Notes under the pieces: model-generated | Told to the model about the DNA's origin: nothing | What the model saw: only the letters and a program-made list of their open reading frames with translations | Databases searched by the model: none | Shown here: in pieces, positions 1 to 12,732 of the stretch | Numbering within the stretch: position 1 is the stretch's first letter | Layout: each line of letters begins with the position of its first letter | Assembly: GCA_013265495.1 (NCBI GenBank) | Contig: MU058824.1 | Span: 1,639,111 to 1,703,110 of the forward strand | Reading direction: 5' to 3' | Length of the DNA stretch: 64,000 nucleotides | From: Vicugna vicugna | Taxonomy: Eukaryota | Program-made: the position numbers and the translations under genes

Positions 1-3000
1 GGCTGTGATATAGTGAGTTCCCTGTTGCTCTGAACACCCCAGTCTCATCCAGTCCTGCTATTGGGGAGATTTAATACATGGAGTAGGCATATTCTAGGTT
101 GCTGGCTCTCAGACTATACGGTGAGAGTCACTTACGGGGGCCAAGGATGTGCTTGTGTTAATGCAAATTCTCGGGCTCCACGCTGAGCAGGTCTAGGTTA
201 AAGGATTCATCAAATCCCTCAAGGACTGTGGGCCCCACTCCTCACCCCCACTGCCATTTCAATACCAGCGGCTCAAGTGATGTAGATACGGTTGGTTCCT
301 AGGGACTTGCGAGACCAGGTGATCTCTAAGTCCCATTCATCTCCCAGGCATCAAGACTCTGATGAGTGCCCCTGGTCCACAGAACTTCAATTTACACAGT
401 TCCTGTTGGAAAGAGGACATGGAGTTGACAGCAGGGTATGCAGCTGGGGCAGATATCCCCAGGACAAAGTCCATAGCCTGTGACATGGCAAGAGGTGCTC
501 TTTCATTTTGCCCCTCTCTTTGCCACCCGCCTGCTCTTTCATGCCACCGATCACTTACAGGCTGTTCCCTCTCCACCGGCAGGACTGTGCTCATCCTTCC
601 TAGTGCAGTTTGGCTGCCTCCTCTGCTGTGAAGTTTCCCGTTCCTTCCTCTTTGCTCCCTTACCTGCATACCCCTCCCACGGTGATTGCTGCTCTGGCAC
701 ACACCCGGCGTCAAGCTGCCTGAGGGCAGTGCCTGCTCTCATTTGCCCCTGCACCCTGTGCCTGATGCTGAGCGGTACCTGGGCGTGTTTGCAGAGAGCC
801 GGATGCCTGCCTTCGAGGCCCCAGTTTCATTCCTAATGACAAGGGCAGATCATCAGAGCCTATAAGACCTGGGGGGACCCAAGGACTCTCCAACTGCAGC
901 CCCCTGGTGATAGGACATGAAGGGACACCTGAAATGGCTTCAGCCCACATCTCCCATCTCTGGCCTTGATGCTTTTTAACTAATATGTTTCCTTTGAAAA
1001 ATGTTTTCAGACCCCCGTAGAATCCTTTCCTCAGAGACCTGAAGGTGGCTTCCTTCTGACCCTGCCCTGCACTTTTGGGACCAATTCTGCAGACCTCCCA
1101 CCAGCCTAGTCTGTCTGTCTGAAAGCACGGGGCCTGGGGCAAAGCCGGAGGGTTTGGAGCTGGGTGGGGAAGATGGAGACAGAGCGCAGCAAAGGTACAG
1201 GAGATATGGCCAGAGGGGGTTCACACCTGAGACCAGGATAAAAACCCCTTCCTTCTTGGGAGTGAGATGATAGCTGGCTCAGCTTGCAGACAGAAATAGC
1301 CTCGCTGATGAAAATAAAGTCAGATTCCTGAAGGGATAAAGGGCTGCTCACAGGAAAACGCAAGCACTATTTCGTCAAGAACCGTTTCCCGCAGAGCCTG
1401 TCCTTTAAAAGGCAGCCACAGCAGATTATTAAATTGTAGATGCATTTCTCCTGGCACTGTCCCAAGCCTCCCCTCGGCAGCCCACCCTGCCTCCTGGCCT
1501 GTCCACTCCTCGTGGACCTTGCTGGGCCAGAACATTGCAGTTTGTGTGATGGGGCTGTCTCCTTGGAGCTCACAAGAGAGAGCAGAGGTGAGGAGGTCAT
1601 GTGAACAGGAGAACCTTGACTCTGCCTAAGTGTTGGCACATTTAGGACTTGTTTTCTGAAAAGTCTAAATCATGCTTGGTTTTGACATTTAAAAAGCCAG
1701 ATCAGTGAAAACCCTCAAATCAGGCCCTTTGCTATTTACCGAATTCCAGCATACCTTTAAACTGTCGGTTGATGCTGTTTCTTTTATAGGAACAAAAATT
1801 TTGTCATCTGACTTGACTTTCTCAAGTGACTACCTTATTAAAGCTGTGGGTTGCCTGAGAAATCCAGAGGTTGTTTCTTAGTTAGCCATGGTTTGTGGAA
1901 TTTGAGGTAGAGTCAAAAAAGGCAAAGAGCCTTAGCAATCACTGGGTCCAGTCTCCCCATCATACAGACTGGGAAACAGGCCCAAAGTGGGTAGGACCCA
2001 TGTTTCTCACAGTAACAGCAAAGCTGGGTCCCCTGGCTCACTCTCCAGTATTTTGTAATTAAATTGTGTTTTATTTTATCTTTCTCAGCCCCACTTTTCT
2101 TATGTAAAATGGGAATAGCAAATTAGCCTTACATGTTTTGTGCAGTTGTGAGAATCAATAAGGCTCTTCCTTTTTTAGGTGAAAACACTTTTTAAAGACT
2201 ACAAAACAGTAGGTGCTGTTACAATGTTGTAATGTGATAATATTACAATGACGAGGACTCCTCCCCAGGAGCAGACCTCTGGCCACACCCCCTGTTCTGC
2301 ATCAACAGCACTGCAGGCCCTGAAACTAAGGCATCCGAGGCAGGATGAGGGTTCTTCAGCAAGACACTCAAAGAGCACACAGGTCTGCTTCTCAGCCCCC
2401 AAGAGTCAGAATCCAGCAGGCCAAAGTTCCACCACTGCCAGCCCAGGTGATGCCACGCCCTTGCTGTGGAGTGGCTGACAGAGACTGTGGACTTGACTGA
2501 AAGCCACTTAGGAGCTATGATGTGATTAGGCACAGCTGGAAACTTTGCTGCTCCTGCTGCTGCTGCACTGCTCTCTAAGAAAGAGAACGGAGGCCAATAA
2601 TCCAGGGCGGGTTGGAGCCATTTCTTGGCGCTGATCTCCAGAGGGGCCATTTAGCACATTAATAATCTATGAGATGCTTCCACCTTCTGGATTCATTAAA
2701 AAAGAAAAAATAGATGGGGGAGGAGAAAGGGAAGAGATATTAAAGGCATTCACTATGGCCAAATGGAGGGGGCAGGAGAGACCCCGAGGATTGGAGACAG
2801 TGGATGGCCCTTCCTGGTTATAAGATTGGATGCCTGGTGCAATAAAAAAGGTTCTGAGAGCAGGTGGAGTGTCATATGTGAGGCAGGAAAAGGGTGCTAG
2901 CAATTGGTTTGCATACACATGGGTTGTAGGAAGTATGAGCTGAGCCCTCAGCAGGGATCCCAGCAGATCCCATTGATCTTCTGGGGAGAAAGGGAGGTGT

Positions 3001-4399
3001 TCTCATTCATTCATTCATTCATTAAATTATGCTCATATTTATTTACTCATTCCCTTATTCAAGTGCAATGCCTTCTGTATACTCTCCCAGACCAGTGCCA
3101 ATTCCGCTGCCCAACACTGCCACCCCCAGGACAGGTGGACATGGCAGAGAGGCAGTGGGTGTAGTAACCAGAACAGAGGCCTGGAATCCAGCGGCTCTGG
3201 GTAATTGTCCCTCCTTTGTCTTCCACTGACAGCAGGCTTGGGCAGATTGGCAACCTCCGGGAGCCTCGCCGAACTCACCTGTGAGTTGGGCTAACTAAAT
3301 CTGCCCTTCTTCTGGGGCCATTGAGAGCATCAACTAGGACAGGGAAGGTGTGGCAGGTGGAGGCCCTTTGCAGACTGTAAGCTTGCTACAGATTAAGGTT
3401 CATATTATCATCGCTGATGCTTCTGGCACCTGAGATGCCAGCCTGGCCCTGGGCAGGGAGCTCTTTGAAGAATTATGTCTCCATTTGTCTCTAGGTTCAA
3501 AGTTTTGTGGATGAAATGAGCTATCACAGACCATGAAGGTGATTCAGAACAGTAAAATTAAAACAGAGAACCTGCAGGAGAGGCCATATAAGCCCAAGGC
3601 ATCTGTGAGCAGTGCGCATACTCTTTTCTGGTTGAGTTTTCACGGAAGCAGAGGCAAAGAAGGGCACGATGCTATCAAGTGCGTGGCGGTTCCCAATCTA
3701 TTCCTGCCAAGGACCCAACATATCTTTCCTGTCCATCTGGTAAAAGATTCAATTCAAGGTTCTGACCCCCATTTTTAATTCAAGACCATGGTATCTAAAG
3801 TGATATCAGTTCCCAGCGTGTAACTCCAATGGCCTCATTGTTGATGCGTCTTTCACCGCCTGGAAATATGCTGGGTGTAAATAATTCATTCTAAATAAAT
3901 AAATTACTCGCACTACTTACGGTACGGCTGATGCTGCTAGGAAACAGCCCAGCCGCAGGTTACACTGAGTCGGGTCTGGAATTACAAGTTGAGTCTGGAA
4001 AGAACTGGGGAGGGAATCAGAAGACTCCCTCCAGAAGGACAAATGTGTAAAATGGGTGTAATACCAACCTCACGGGGTAGAAATGATAAAGGTGGAGCAG
4101 GAAACGTGAACAGGAAAGGCCCAGGCAAATGGGGACAAGTTGGTCACCTTGGCCAGGCCCTGTCCTACTTCTAGGAGGCTGGTCTCTGAGCACTTTATTA
4201 GTGCTCCAGGTGACTCTGATGCACAGCAGTGGGTGAGAGCATCTGCTGCAGAGGGATGAGCCACCCTCGGATGGAGACAGGATGGCTCCTGGTTGGGGAT
4301 GCTCAGAGGGGATTCAGGCACCAGATGAGGGGGTTGGACTAGGCGATGTTTCCCAAATGATCTGATGGCAGGACTTATCAGGTGGAGCGGAGTGGGAGC

Positions 4400-4670
4400 G
4401 AGCTATTGATTTACCAATTAAAAATCAGATTCCCAGGTCCCCCGATCAGCATCTCCAGAACAGAAGCCTGGGAAACTGATTTTTAACAAGTGCTTTGGAT
4501 AGTTATCATCAGGGAAATTTGGGGAAATCCTGTCTAGACAGTCTCTAAAGCAATGTGGTCCACCGACCAGCAGCAGCACCTAAGAGTATGTTAGGAATGC
4601 AGACTCTCAGGCCCCACCCCAGACCTACTCACTCTGACTCTGAATTTTAGCAAATTCCTACGTGATTCTT
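4400..4670. mobile_element. MER5-type (hAT-Charlie) fragments
   Basis: Typical MER5 motifs 'aatcagattcccaggtccccc' and 'tgttaggaatgcagactctcaggccccaccccagacctact...gtgattct'. Confidence 0.7.
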
Positions 4671-5299
4671 GCCAATCAAAGGTGCCTTTCACCCAGGAGT
4701 ACCTGGGGTCTCTGAAGGGAGGTGAGGTGTGTCAGCTGAGTAGGAAGAGTTTTGAGGGTAAGTATTCAGGCTCAAGTTGGCTTGGGAAGAGAGCTACTGA
4801 TTCAGCCCCAGGATTCACCTTTGGAATGTCATAGTGAAAATGCAGTTGCGGTCAGTGTTTTCAGCACCTCTGGCCGTCCCTGCAGTCAGCATTGTGGGCC
4901 ACAGGGCCTCTTGTCAAACTATGGTTCTTGAGTCTCACTGTGACGGGCTGACCTGGGAGTCTCTTTCAGCCAGCAAGGCCCCTGATCCTGTAGTGGCCAG
5001 GAGTGCACAGAGGGGACCTGTGGCTCCAAATAAGGAATAAAGGACAGGGCACTGGGTCAATGTGAGGACACCTGGCTTCCCATCCTGGCCTTGCCATCTC
5101 CCAGCTGGCTGGCCTTACACAAACCACCTCCCCTCCCTGAAGCCTGAGCATCCTTGTCTGTAGCTGTCTGCTTTCCTCCCAGGACAGTGGGGACTTGCTC
5201 CAGTGAGTCAGGGCCCAGGGGTGCTGCTAGGCAAGTGCTCTGGAACAAAAGCTTGGGAGTTGTGTCACAACATGGCATTGACTGCTCTATCCTCACCCT

Positions 5300-5600
5300 G
5301 TTTCATAAGGTGGTCCTCTGCCCATTTGTTCAGATGAAGAAACTGAGGCCCAAAGGGGCTAATGGGCTTGGTCAACCTGTAAACTGATAATACTGGCTGT
5401 GTTTTTTAGACTCGGGGTCAGATGGGCTGGGGCTCCCATCCAGGCTCTGGGGCTTCTTAGCTGGTAGCCTCGAGCAGGTTACTTAGCCTCTCCCACTCTC
5501 AGCTCCTCCTCTGGAAATGGCGGTGGCATCATACTGACCCTGGCTGGTTGTGAGATGACCTGAGATGATGCTGGCAGAGTTCCTCACACCATGCTCACAA
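5300..5600. mobile_element. Two adjacent MIR SINEs in opposite orientation
   Basis: 'cagatgaagaaactgaggcccaaagggg' followed by 'gcaggttacttagcctctcccactctcagctcctcctctggaaatgg', the MIR core in the opposite orientation. Confidence 0.7.
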
Positions 5601-6099
5601 TTCTTCAAGGCCCAGGGAACCCAGGTGGCCCCTGGTCTACCTCCCAGGTAGAGGCAGGGCCATGGGATCTAGGATCAGCACTCTGGCACTTGCTGTGTGG
5701 CCTCTGTGCATCCCTTGCTCTCTCTGGGCCTCCTATTGTAAAGGGAGAGGGTTGGGACAGCAGATAGCCTTGATAGTGTCATGTCCTTATTATGTGTGGC
5801 TCAAAGCCATCAGCATCTGTCTTCACTCTGTTAGCTTCCCTCTTGGGCCCTGCATGTGATTCCCTCCCCTAGGGGCTCCTGGGCTGGGGCCTGGTTCCCC
5901 TTCCATTCCTGAGCTACTTATCGCTTAGGCATGCAGCCTCCATCATACCTCTCCAGGCAGAGAACCCTCCATTCTAAGGTGAAGGAAATGACCCCAGAGG
6001 GGTCCCGCAGCCTGCATAGGGTCACACCATGAGTAGTGGTTGAGTTTTGGCATCAGCATTTTGCTAGGTCCCCCTCTAGTCTGATCCCCTCGTGCTAAG

Positions 6100-6487
6100 G
6101 GATAGAACCTGCTCTTTGCAGCTCCAGGGCCTTTGCCTATGTGTTCCCACTGCTTGATGCCCTCTCTGTTCCCCCTCCACACCTGGCACAATTCTCTGTA
6201 TTTTCTGATATTTAGTTCAAGTGTCACCTCCTCATGAAAGCCTCCCTAAATCTTCAGCAGCCCTGCTCCCCAGCTGGAGGAGGTACCTGGCCTCTCCCTT
6301 TGCCTTTTCTTCACTTACTTCATCTCTTCCCTTTCTTGAGTGTATTACAGTTCTCTGATGAGGTTTCAGTGTTACCCAGCACACTGCAAACTCCTTCAGG
6401 ACAGACCTTGCCGGCCTGAGCCTTGGCTGTACCCCAAGAGCCTCGCATAGGACCTGGCACTGAGTGGGTGCTCAGAAATCATGAATG
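6100..6487 (+). mobile_element. L2 3' region
   Basis: 'gggcctttgcctatgtgttcccactgcttg...caagtgtcacctcctcatgaaagcctcccta...cctggcactgagtgggtgctcag...atgaatg'. Confidence 0.7.
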
Positions 6488-8271
6488 GACACCTCTGGGT
6501 GGCCCACTACAAAACCAATTTGTAGTACTACTGGCCTACAATTCTATGACCTTGACCGTGGGGCAGGCACTCTTCCACTGTGCATACATGAACTCATATA
6601 CTCCATACGCCGACCCTCTGAGCTGGACACCACTCTGCCCATTTCACAGATGAGGAAACGGAGGCATGGAGAGGTTGAGTGTCTCACCAAGGAATTGCCG
6701 GGACCAAGTGGCTCTGGAGGCTGTGCTGGCATCGACTAGGTGCACTGCCTCTCACACACCCTCCTCCAGTGCCTGGGGCAATACTGTGGGGAAGGAGGAG
6801 CAGGTATCATCCTGGTGGGGCCTGTTTGCTGAATGAGGAAAATAAGAGGCAGAGAGCAAGGCTTGCCCTGCTTCTTGCTGTGAGCAGACCTCAGGGTATA
6901 GGAGTCGGGGCTCCGGAGGCCACAGAGGCTTCCTCTGTATTTCTGGGGTCCCTCCGCAACCTACTTCTCCAGGGAGCTTCCTGCCTGTCAGCAGATGACA
7001 ACCCAGGCTGGCATGAGCCTCTCCATGCAGACATGTGTTCTCCCTGTAAATCATTCATCACACACACACACCACTTTTAAACTTACTATTTATCCAGTGA
7101 CTTGTATATAAAAAATAAGTGGTTCCTTCGAACTCAGAAAATAGATGGACTGATTGTCGTGAAAATCAATAACATGCTAAGTATTTCAAGCATATGGTAG
7201 GTACTTCGAGTTCTACTCTAGGTGGTTCTGTAATGAATGGCTTGATTTTTTTTAATAGAGCATAGCCTTTCATTTTGAATTATACAGAAGGCTTTGGCTT
7301 TGAATCTGTTTACTAAGAAGATTAAATAATTGATTATTTCCATGAGGCCAAGATTGAGCCTTTATACCGTAGGAATCACTCGACTTGAGGAAAAGAATCC
7401 TAGGTCAGATGGCTAGACATTATTGCCTAAATGCCAATAAGAGCATAATTTCCCCAAACTTCCCCAAGTTCCCACACAAGCGGTTTCATAGTACTGTCCT
7501 GGTTACTCCTAAGATGGCAGGTTGGCTTTGTGTGTGCCAGGGAATGGCTCCCTTCTTGTCCTGGATGTCTTCTGAAACTCCAGGTCCCTTGCTAGAGTAA
7601 TGCGTACGAGGACCTTCAGCACAGCAAAGCAGCCCAAGCCCAACCCAGCTCCCACGCTAGCAAAAAGGGATCTTTGCTCAGTTCTCAGTTTCAACACAAA
7701 ACTTCTCTGGGAAGCCTTCCCAGCCAGATCACTGTCTCCAATAGACACATACATAGTACCTGTTTCTCCCTGTCCTGCAGCGTCACCGCAGAGTCAATTG
7801 CCAGTTCAGTGTCGAGTTTGCCTGAGAGTTGTCAGCTCCCTCCAGGAAGGTGAGACCACATCCCTCTCACTGGCAGCTGGAACCCCTGAGCCAGGCATAT
7901 GGCCTGGAATTTAGGAGAACCTCCAGGAATCTTTGTTTTTGTTTTGTTTTGAGATTCCTGCTTTCTCAGTCTCTCCTTTTTCAGTAACATTATGAATTCA
8001 TGGATCTTTGAAAGTATTTAATAAGTATTTAATAATGGACTATATTCCAATCAGTTGCAGATATCATTTTTTAATGCAGACAGTAGTTTTTGTTGCTCTT
8101 ATGTTTCTGCCTTTGTCCAGCTTTTTATTTTGAAAAATTCCAAACCCATCAAAAAAGTTAAAAGAAACTACAATGAGCATCATATACCCTCTGCCTCGAT
8201 TCACTAGTTCTTTGCATTTTGCTGTGTGTGGATTTTCCTCTCCCTTTCTGTCCCCCACACAACCCCCTCCC

Positions 8272-8330
8272 AACACGCACACGCACACGCACACACACAC
8301 ACACATAGACACGCACAAACACAGACACAC
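8272..8330. repeat. Imperfect (CA)n/(CACACG)n microsatellite
   Basis: acacgcacacgcacacgcacacacacacacatagacacgcac. Confidence 0.9.
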
Positions 8331-8819
8331 TTTTATTAAAGCACTTGACAATACTTTGCAGATGCAATGACACTTCACCTCTAAATATGTCAGCATGAAC
8401 CTCCTAAGAACAATTATATTCTCTTACATAGCAATAGTATATATGTTATGTTTTAAAAAACTAACAGTAATACAATAATATTACCTAAATATATGGTTCA
8501 TAATCAAATTTCCTCAGTTGTCCCCAGAATATCCCTTTTGCCATTTATTTGTAGAGGTGGGTAGGAAGGGATCAAAGGTCCAACTGGGGAGCATGCATTG
8601 TAATTTTCGTCATGTGCTTATTAGTCTCCGTTAATCTAGAACGTTTCTTCTTTCTTGGGGTCAGGGGAGCTTTCAGGACATTGACCTTTTTTAAAAGCCC
8701 AAATCAGTTAGTTTTTTTGTAAAATTTCCCACAAATCCCAAATCTGGATTTGTTTGATTGTTTCTTCACTATTAGATTCAGGTTAAACAATTTGGGTAAG
8801 AACACTACTCTTTTAACCA

Positions 8820-9055
8820 TTTTTTTTTAAATAGCTGAAGTATAGTTAATTTACAATGTTGTGTTAGTTTCAGGTGTATAGCAAAGTGATTCAGTTTTAC
8901 ATATATATATATATTCTTCTTCAGATTCTTTTCCATTATTGTTTATTACAAGATATTGCATACAGTTATCTGTGCTATATAGTAGGTACTTGTTTCTGTA
9001 TTATATATATAGTAGTATGTGTCTGTTAATTCCAAACTCCTAATTTATCCCCCTC
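8820..9055 (-). mobile_element. 5'-truncated cetartiodactyl-type L1 3' end
   Basis: Poly-T, then 'gaagtatagttaatttacaatgttgtgttagtttcaggtgtatagcaaagtgattcagtt...tgtgctatatagtaggt...ccaaactcctaatttatccccc'. Confidence 0.88.
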
Positions 9056-9599
9056 AACCAGGGGATAAATCAAATTTGCTAAATTTGATCACTTGGTTAA
9101 GGTCGCATCTGCTAGATTTATTGTAAAGATACCCTTTTCCCTCAGTAATTATTAAGTGATCTGTGGGATGAGACTTTGAGACCATATGAATACCTGTCCT
9201 CTACAATCTCTCTCCCAGTGGTTTTGGCATCCATTGATGGTCCTTGCTTGAGTCACTGTTAATTACATTGGGGTTGCATTTTCTAATTCTTGTCTTCCTT
9301 CCACATTTAAGCTAGCACTCTTCTCTATAGAAGAGCACTCCATTTTTGACCCTTATTTTCCCTCCTCCTTCTTCCTTCTCTCTCCTCCTCACTCTCCGCC
9401 ATCAGTTTGGGTGCTTATATTTTACCTGCCTTTGACTTGGAATCAGCCATTTCTCGAAGGATCCCTGATTCTTTCCAGTGGGAAATCATATTTAGAAACC
9501 AAGGTCTGCATGCTCATTGCTATTGGGGTTCACTGCTTCTAGATTTCTTCAGTGAACTGAGCTAGAAAATATAAATTTTAATGTTTTAAACAAAAATGT

Positions 9600-10530
9600 T
9601 TAAATTTTAATCTCACCATGAGGAGATAGTCACACAAATGTGGTATATCCTTGAAGTCACCTGGCCTGGATTCTTCAAAAAAGTTAATGTTGCAGAAAGC
9701 AAGAACAACAGCAGAAAGGCAGGGGACTGATTGTTCTAGATGAAAAGAGACTAAAAAAATACAACGGGGGGGGAGGGGGGTAGAGAGTGGGAAGGGATAG
9801 ACTGGGATTTCAAAATTGTAGAATAGATAAACAAGATTACACTGTATAGCACAGGGAAATATACACAAAATGTTATGATAAATCACAGAGAAAAAAATGT
9901 GACAATGAGTGTGTATATGTCCATGAATGACTGAAAAATTGTGCTGAACACTGGAATTTGACACAACACTGTAAAATGATTATGAATCAATAAAAAATGT
10001 AAAAAAAAAAAAAAGAACACTTCCATCCCAAGCCAAAAAGACTGGAGGACTGATTTCTGATTAAACTAAATTTTGATCTTTCAAAAAAAAAAATACAACA
10101 GTCAAATGCAGTGCTTGTGTGTTGATTAGATCTGGAATTTTTTTAATGTAAAGGACATATTTGGGAAATTGAAATCAATGTGGACTATACATTAGATGAT
10201 ACTGAATTACTAATTCATGTTCATAAGTGTGATGATGCTGTAATGACATAGGAGAATGTCATTCTTAGGAGATGCATTCTGAACTGTTTAGGAATAAAGT
10301 GTCACAATGTTTGCAAGTTAATTTGAAATGTGTCAAAACCAAAAATCTGTGTATGTGTGTGTGTGTGTACGTATATTATGTGTGTATGTATATATACATA
10401 CATATGTGTATATATTTATAGAGAGAGGAAAGCAGATGTGGAAAATGGTGAATGGTGAAAGGTATATTGTGGGCATTGTACTGTTCTTTCAACTTTTTTG
10501 TAGGTTTGACTGTTTTCACAATAAAAAGCT
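9600..10530 (+). mobile_element. L1MC-type 3' UTR, host of the young L1 at 9766-10086
   Basis: 'ctggcctggattcttcaaaaaagttaatgt...gttctagatgaaaagagact' resumes after the insert as 'acaacagtcaaatgcagtg...tggactatacattagatgat' and ends 'gtaggtttgactgttttcacaataaaaag'. Confidence 0.8.
9766..10086 (+). mobile_element. Young camelid-type L1 3' end with a 3'-transduced segment and 13-bp TSD
   Basis: G-rich start, L1 3' UTR to AATAAA and A14 (10001-10014), 68 nt of non-L1 sequence, then a second A-tail. AAAAAAATACAAC is duplicated at 9753-9765 and 10087-10099. Confidence 0.92.
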
Positions 10531-11239
10531 ATGAATGAGTGTGAGGTTGGGAGTGGAGGAGGGACCATATCCCTGCTTAGTTAAGACAATAAAGATGTGT
10601 CCAGAAGTCTCTGTACAGACTTCTGTGTGTGATTACATTAGCAACTTGGTATACTCTTAAATGCCTTTGTTTTCAGTTTTCAGGGATTGATTTTTTTCTT
10701 CTTGCTAATTAATTTTATTTTTAAAATATATACAACTTTTAAAATTGAAGTTAAGAAAAAAATCTTTTTTTAAACGATTTGCTGTGAAATTTCAGTCTTC
10801 CTTTTAAGTTGATTCCCTGTGATTGACATTTTCCCACTAGCTGCATTCCACAGTAGCTTATCTAGAGCTGCTGTTTCTCAGAGCCTCTCTTGCTAGGCTA
10901 AATGATTGCAAAACATGGTTTAAGGCATTTTTAAGTGTTTGTTTCTCTCTTTCCTCCAAGAAATTGTACCATTACACCCTACCCTGCAATGGCTTCTTGG
11001 AGAATTCCAGCTAATGCTCAATCTTTGTACATATCCAGTCAGATGAGTTCAATTTTATTAATTTCAGTTGAATTCGATTACAATTTATTGAATTGCTTCA
11101 AAGCAGATCTGTGTTTAAGTGTCTTATTTTTGGTGTTATATTTTTAGCTGATTGTATGATCTCTGGGAGAGCATGTAAAATGTGTACAATTTGTATGTGA
11201 CTCTCTACTCCTCTATACTCAAGACTATATAAGAAGTAG

Positions 11240-11690
11240 AGAATATTTGGCTCTGATCCAGCTTCCCTCTGTTCTGTGCCACCCCTATAGATAACCATTT
11301 TTATTAGTTTTTTAGTTTATTATTCTGGTGTTTCTTATTGCAAATATGCACAAACTTCTGTGTGTTTATTCGTCTTTCTCCTTCTTATGCAAAAGGGAGC
11401 ATACTATATACAGTGTTTGCATGTTGCTTTTTTTACTTAATTTTCCTGGAGCTCACTGTTTTATCACTGTGTACACTCCTTATTCTTTTTACAGCTGCAT
11501 AGCACTTCTTTGTGTGGATATACTATAATTTGTACAGCCAGTCCCTTATTGATGGACATTTGTGTTGTTTCCAATCTGTTGGAATAACCTTGGCCACAAG
11601 TCATATTTGTGCCAGTGTAAATTGGGGATGGATTCCTAGAAGTGGGATTTCTGGTTCAAAGGGAAAATGCATCTACAATTTTTCTAGAAA
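11240..11690 (-). mobile_element. L1ME-type fragment
   Basis: 'cagtcccttattgatggacatttgtgttgtttccaatc...ggatggattcctagaagtgggatttctggttcaaaggg'. Confidence 0.75.
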
Positions 11691-12541
11691 ATACATCTTT
11701 AGAGAATGAATGAGAAAGCTAATGAATAAACTCGATTAAGAAGAGTGGAAAGTAAAAGACTAATATCTAAATGGAGACATAAAACAATTAGACTAAATAA
11801 TTCTCTTTGTGAGAGAGGCTAGGTCAAAACCCTTCTGGTGATATTGTCTCTAGGCCAGCAATTTTCGTTTTCTCCCCTAAAGAGAGAATTTCACCTTGGT
11901 TTGTAAATTAAACATAGAATTACAAAATAATGAAATTTTAGAGCTGAAATAAAAATCCACCTGGTACAGTCTTCTTCTTTTAGCAATAAGGAACCTCTGG
12001 CCCAGAAGGAGGAGGGACCAAAAGAATGATGACGTAGAAAACACAAATTTAGTTCAATCCTATCCAGTTCCATAAACAATAGGTGAAATATCTGCTTAGT
12101 AATAAAGCAGGGAGTCAAATGTGAAACTGTACTACTGAGACCCCCTGAGATGGTACGTGAAGAGCATGGTGGGTCAGACCCCTGAGTGCTTTCTGTCACA
12201 ACGACATCTCCTTCAACGGAACTCTCAGTGTAAAAGGATCTTGTTTCACATCTTTTGTGATATTCTAGGGCATCCAAATGTGGTCATGATCAAATGTGGA
12301 TCAGGTGGAGGGACTGACTGGCGGGGTGCATTCTGGCTGATGATGTGGGTGGTGATGCTTGCTGAGGGTAGTCTGAAATTACATAATCATGGCGTTGGTC
12401 GCATTCTGTTTTGATTCCAAGCAGGCGGCATGGAGCTGCAAATGAGTTTAGTCCAGCCCAGCTGTGGACTTGTGCTGTGAGCCTGGGCAAGTCCTTTGTC
12501 TTCCCTGGTCCTCACTGTGTAAAATGAGGAGTTGGACAAGC

Positions 12542-12718
12542 CCAGGGTGGCAGATTAATGAGTAACGTTGGTGCCATTACTTCCCTCCTCCAGTGTTAAT
12601 TGCAGATGTAACTAATTGATCACCACACCCTCTTCACTGACTTAATCTACTACCCTGGGCAGCCACTGTCAGCCTGATTATGATGTCACATTGGCTCAAG
12701 CCTATTTACCGTTTCTGG
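12542..12718. mobile_element. Old hAT-type MER element (subfamily not assigned)
   Basis: Ends 'cagggtggcaga...tatttaccgtttctg' form degenerate terminal inverted repeats (TIRs). The internal 'actaattgatcaccacaccctctt' resembles a known MER consensus. Confidence 0.5.
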
Positions 12719-12732
12719 CTTGGGTGATTACG

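Larger units (their letters stand above)
8120..9575 (-). mobile_element. Old L1MC-type 3' UTR, interrupted by a younger L1
   Basis: Starts 'ctttttattttgaaaaattccaaaccc', a reversed L1M 3' end. Diagnostic blocks include 'attagattcaggttaaacaatttggg', 'tttgatcacttggttaagg' and 'ggaatcagccatttctcgaaggatccctgattc'. Confidence 0.8.

Noticed and set aside
2163..2186. Intronic recursive splice site ttttttag|gtgaaa
   Set aside because: The acceptor is good but the donor hexamer GTGAAA is weak, and such matches are common by chance.
2625..2652. CTCF-like motif tctccagaggggcc (also ccagcaggggcg near 56226)
   Set aside because: Spacing is off by one base at the invariant GGC of the core.
4858..4880. 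Canonical RE1 candidates (also about 45802-45823 and 60373-60393)
   Set aside because: Each has only one good half-site or mismatches at key positions.
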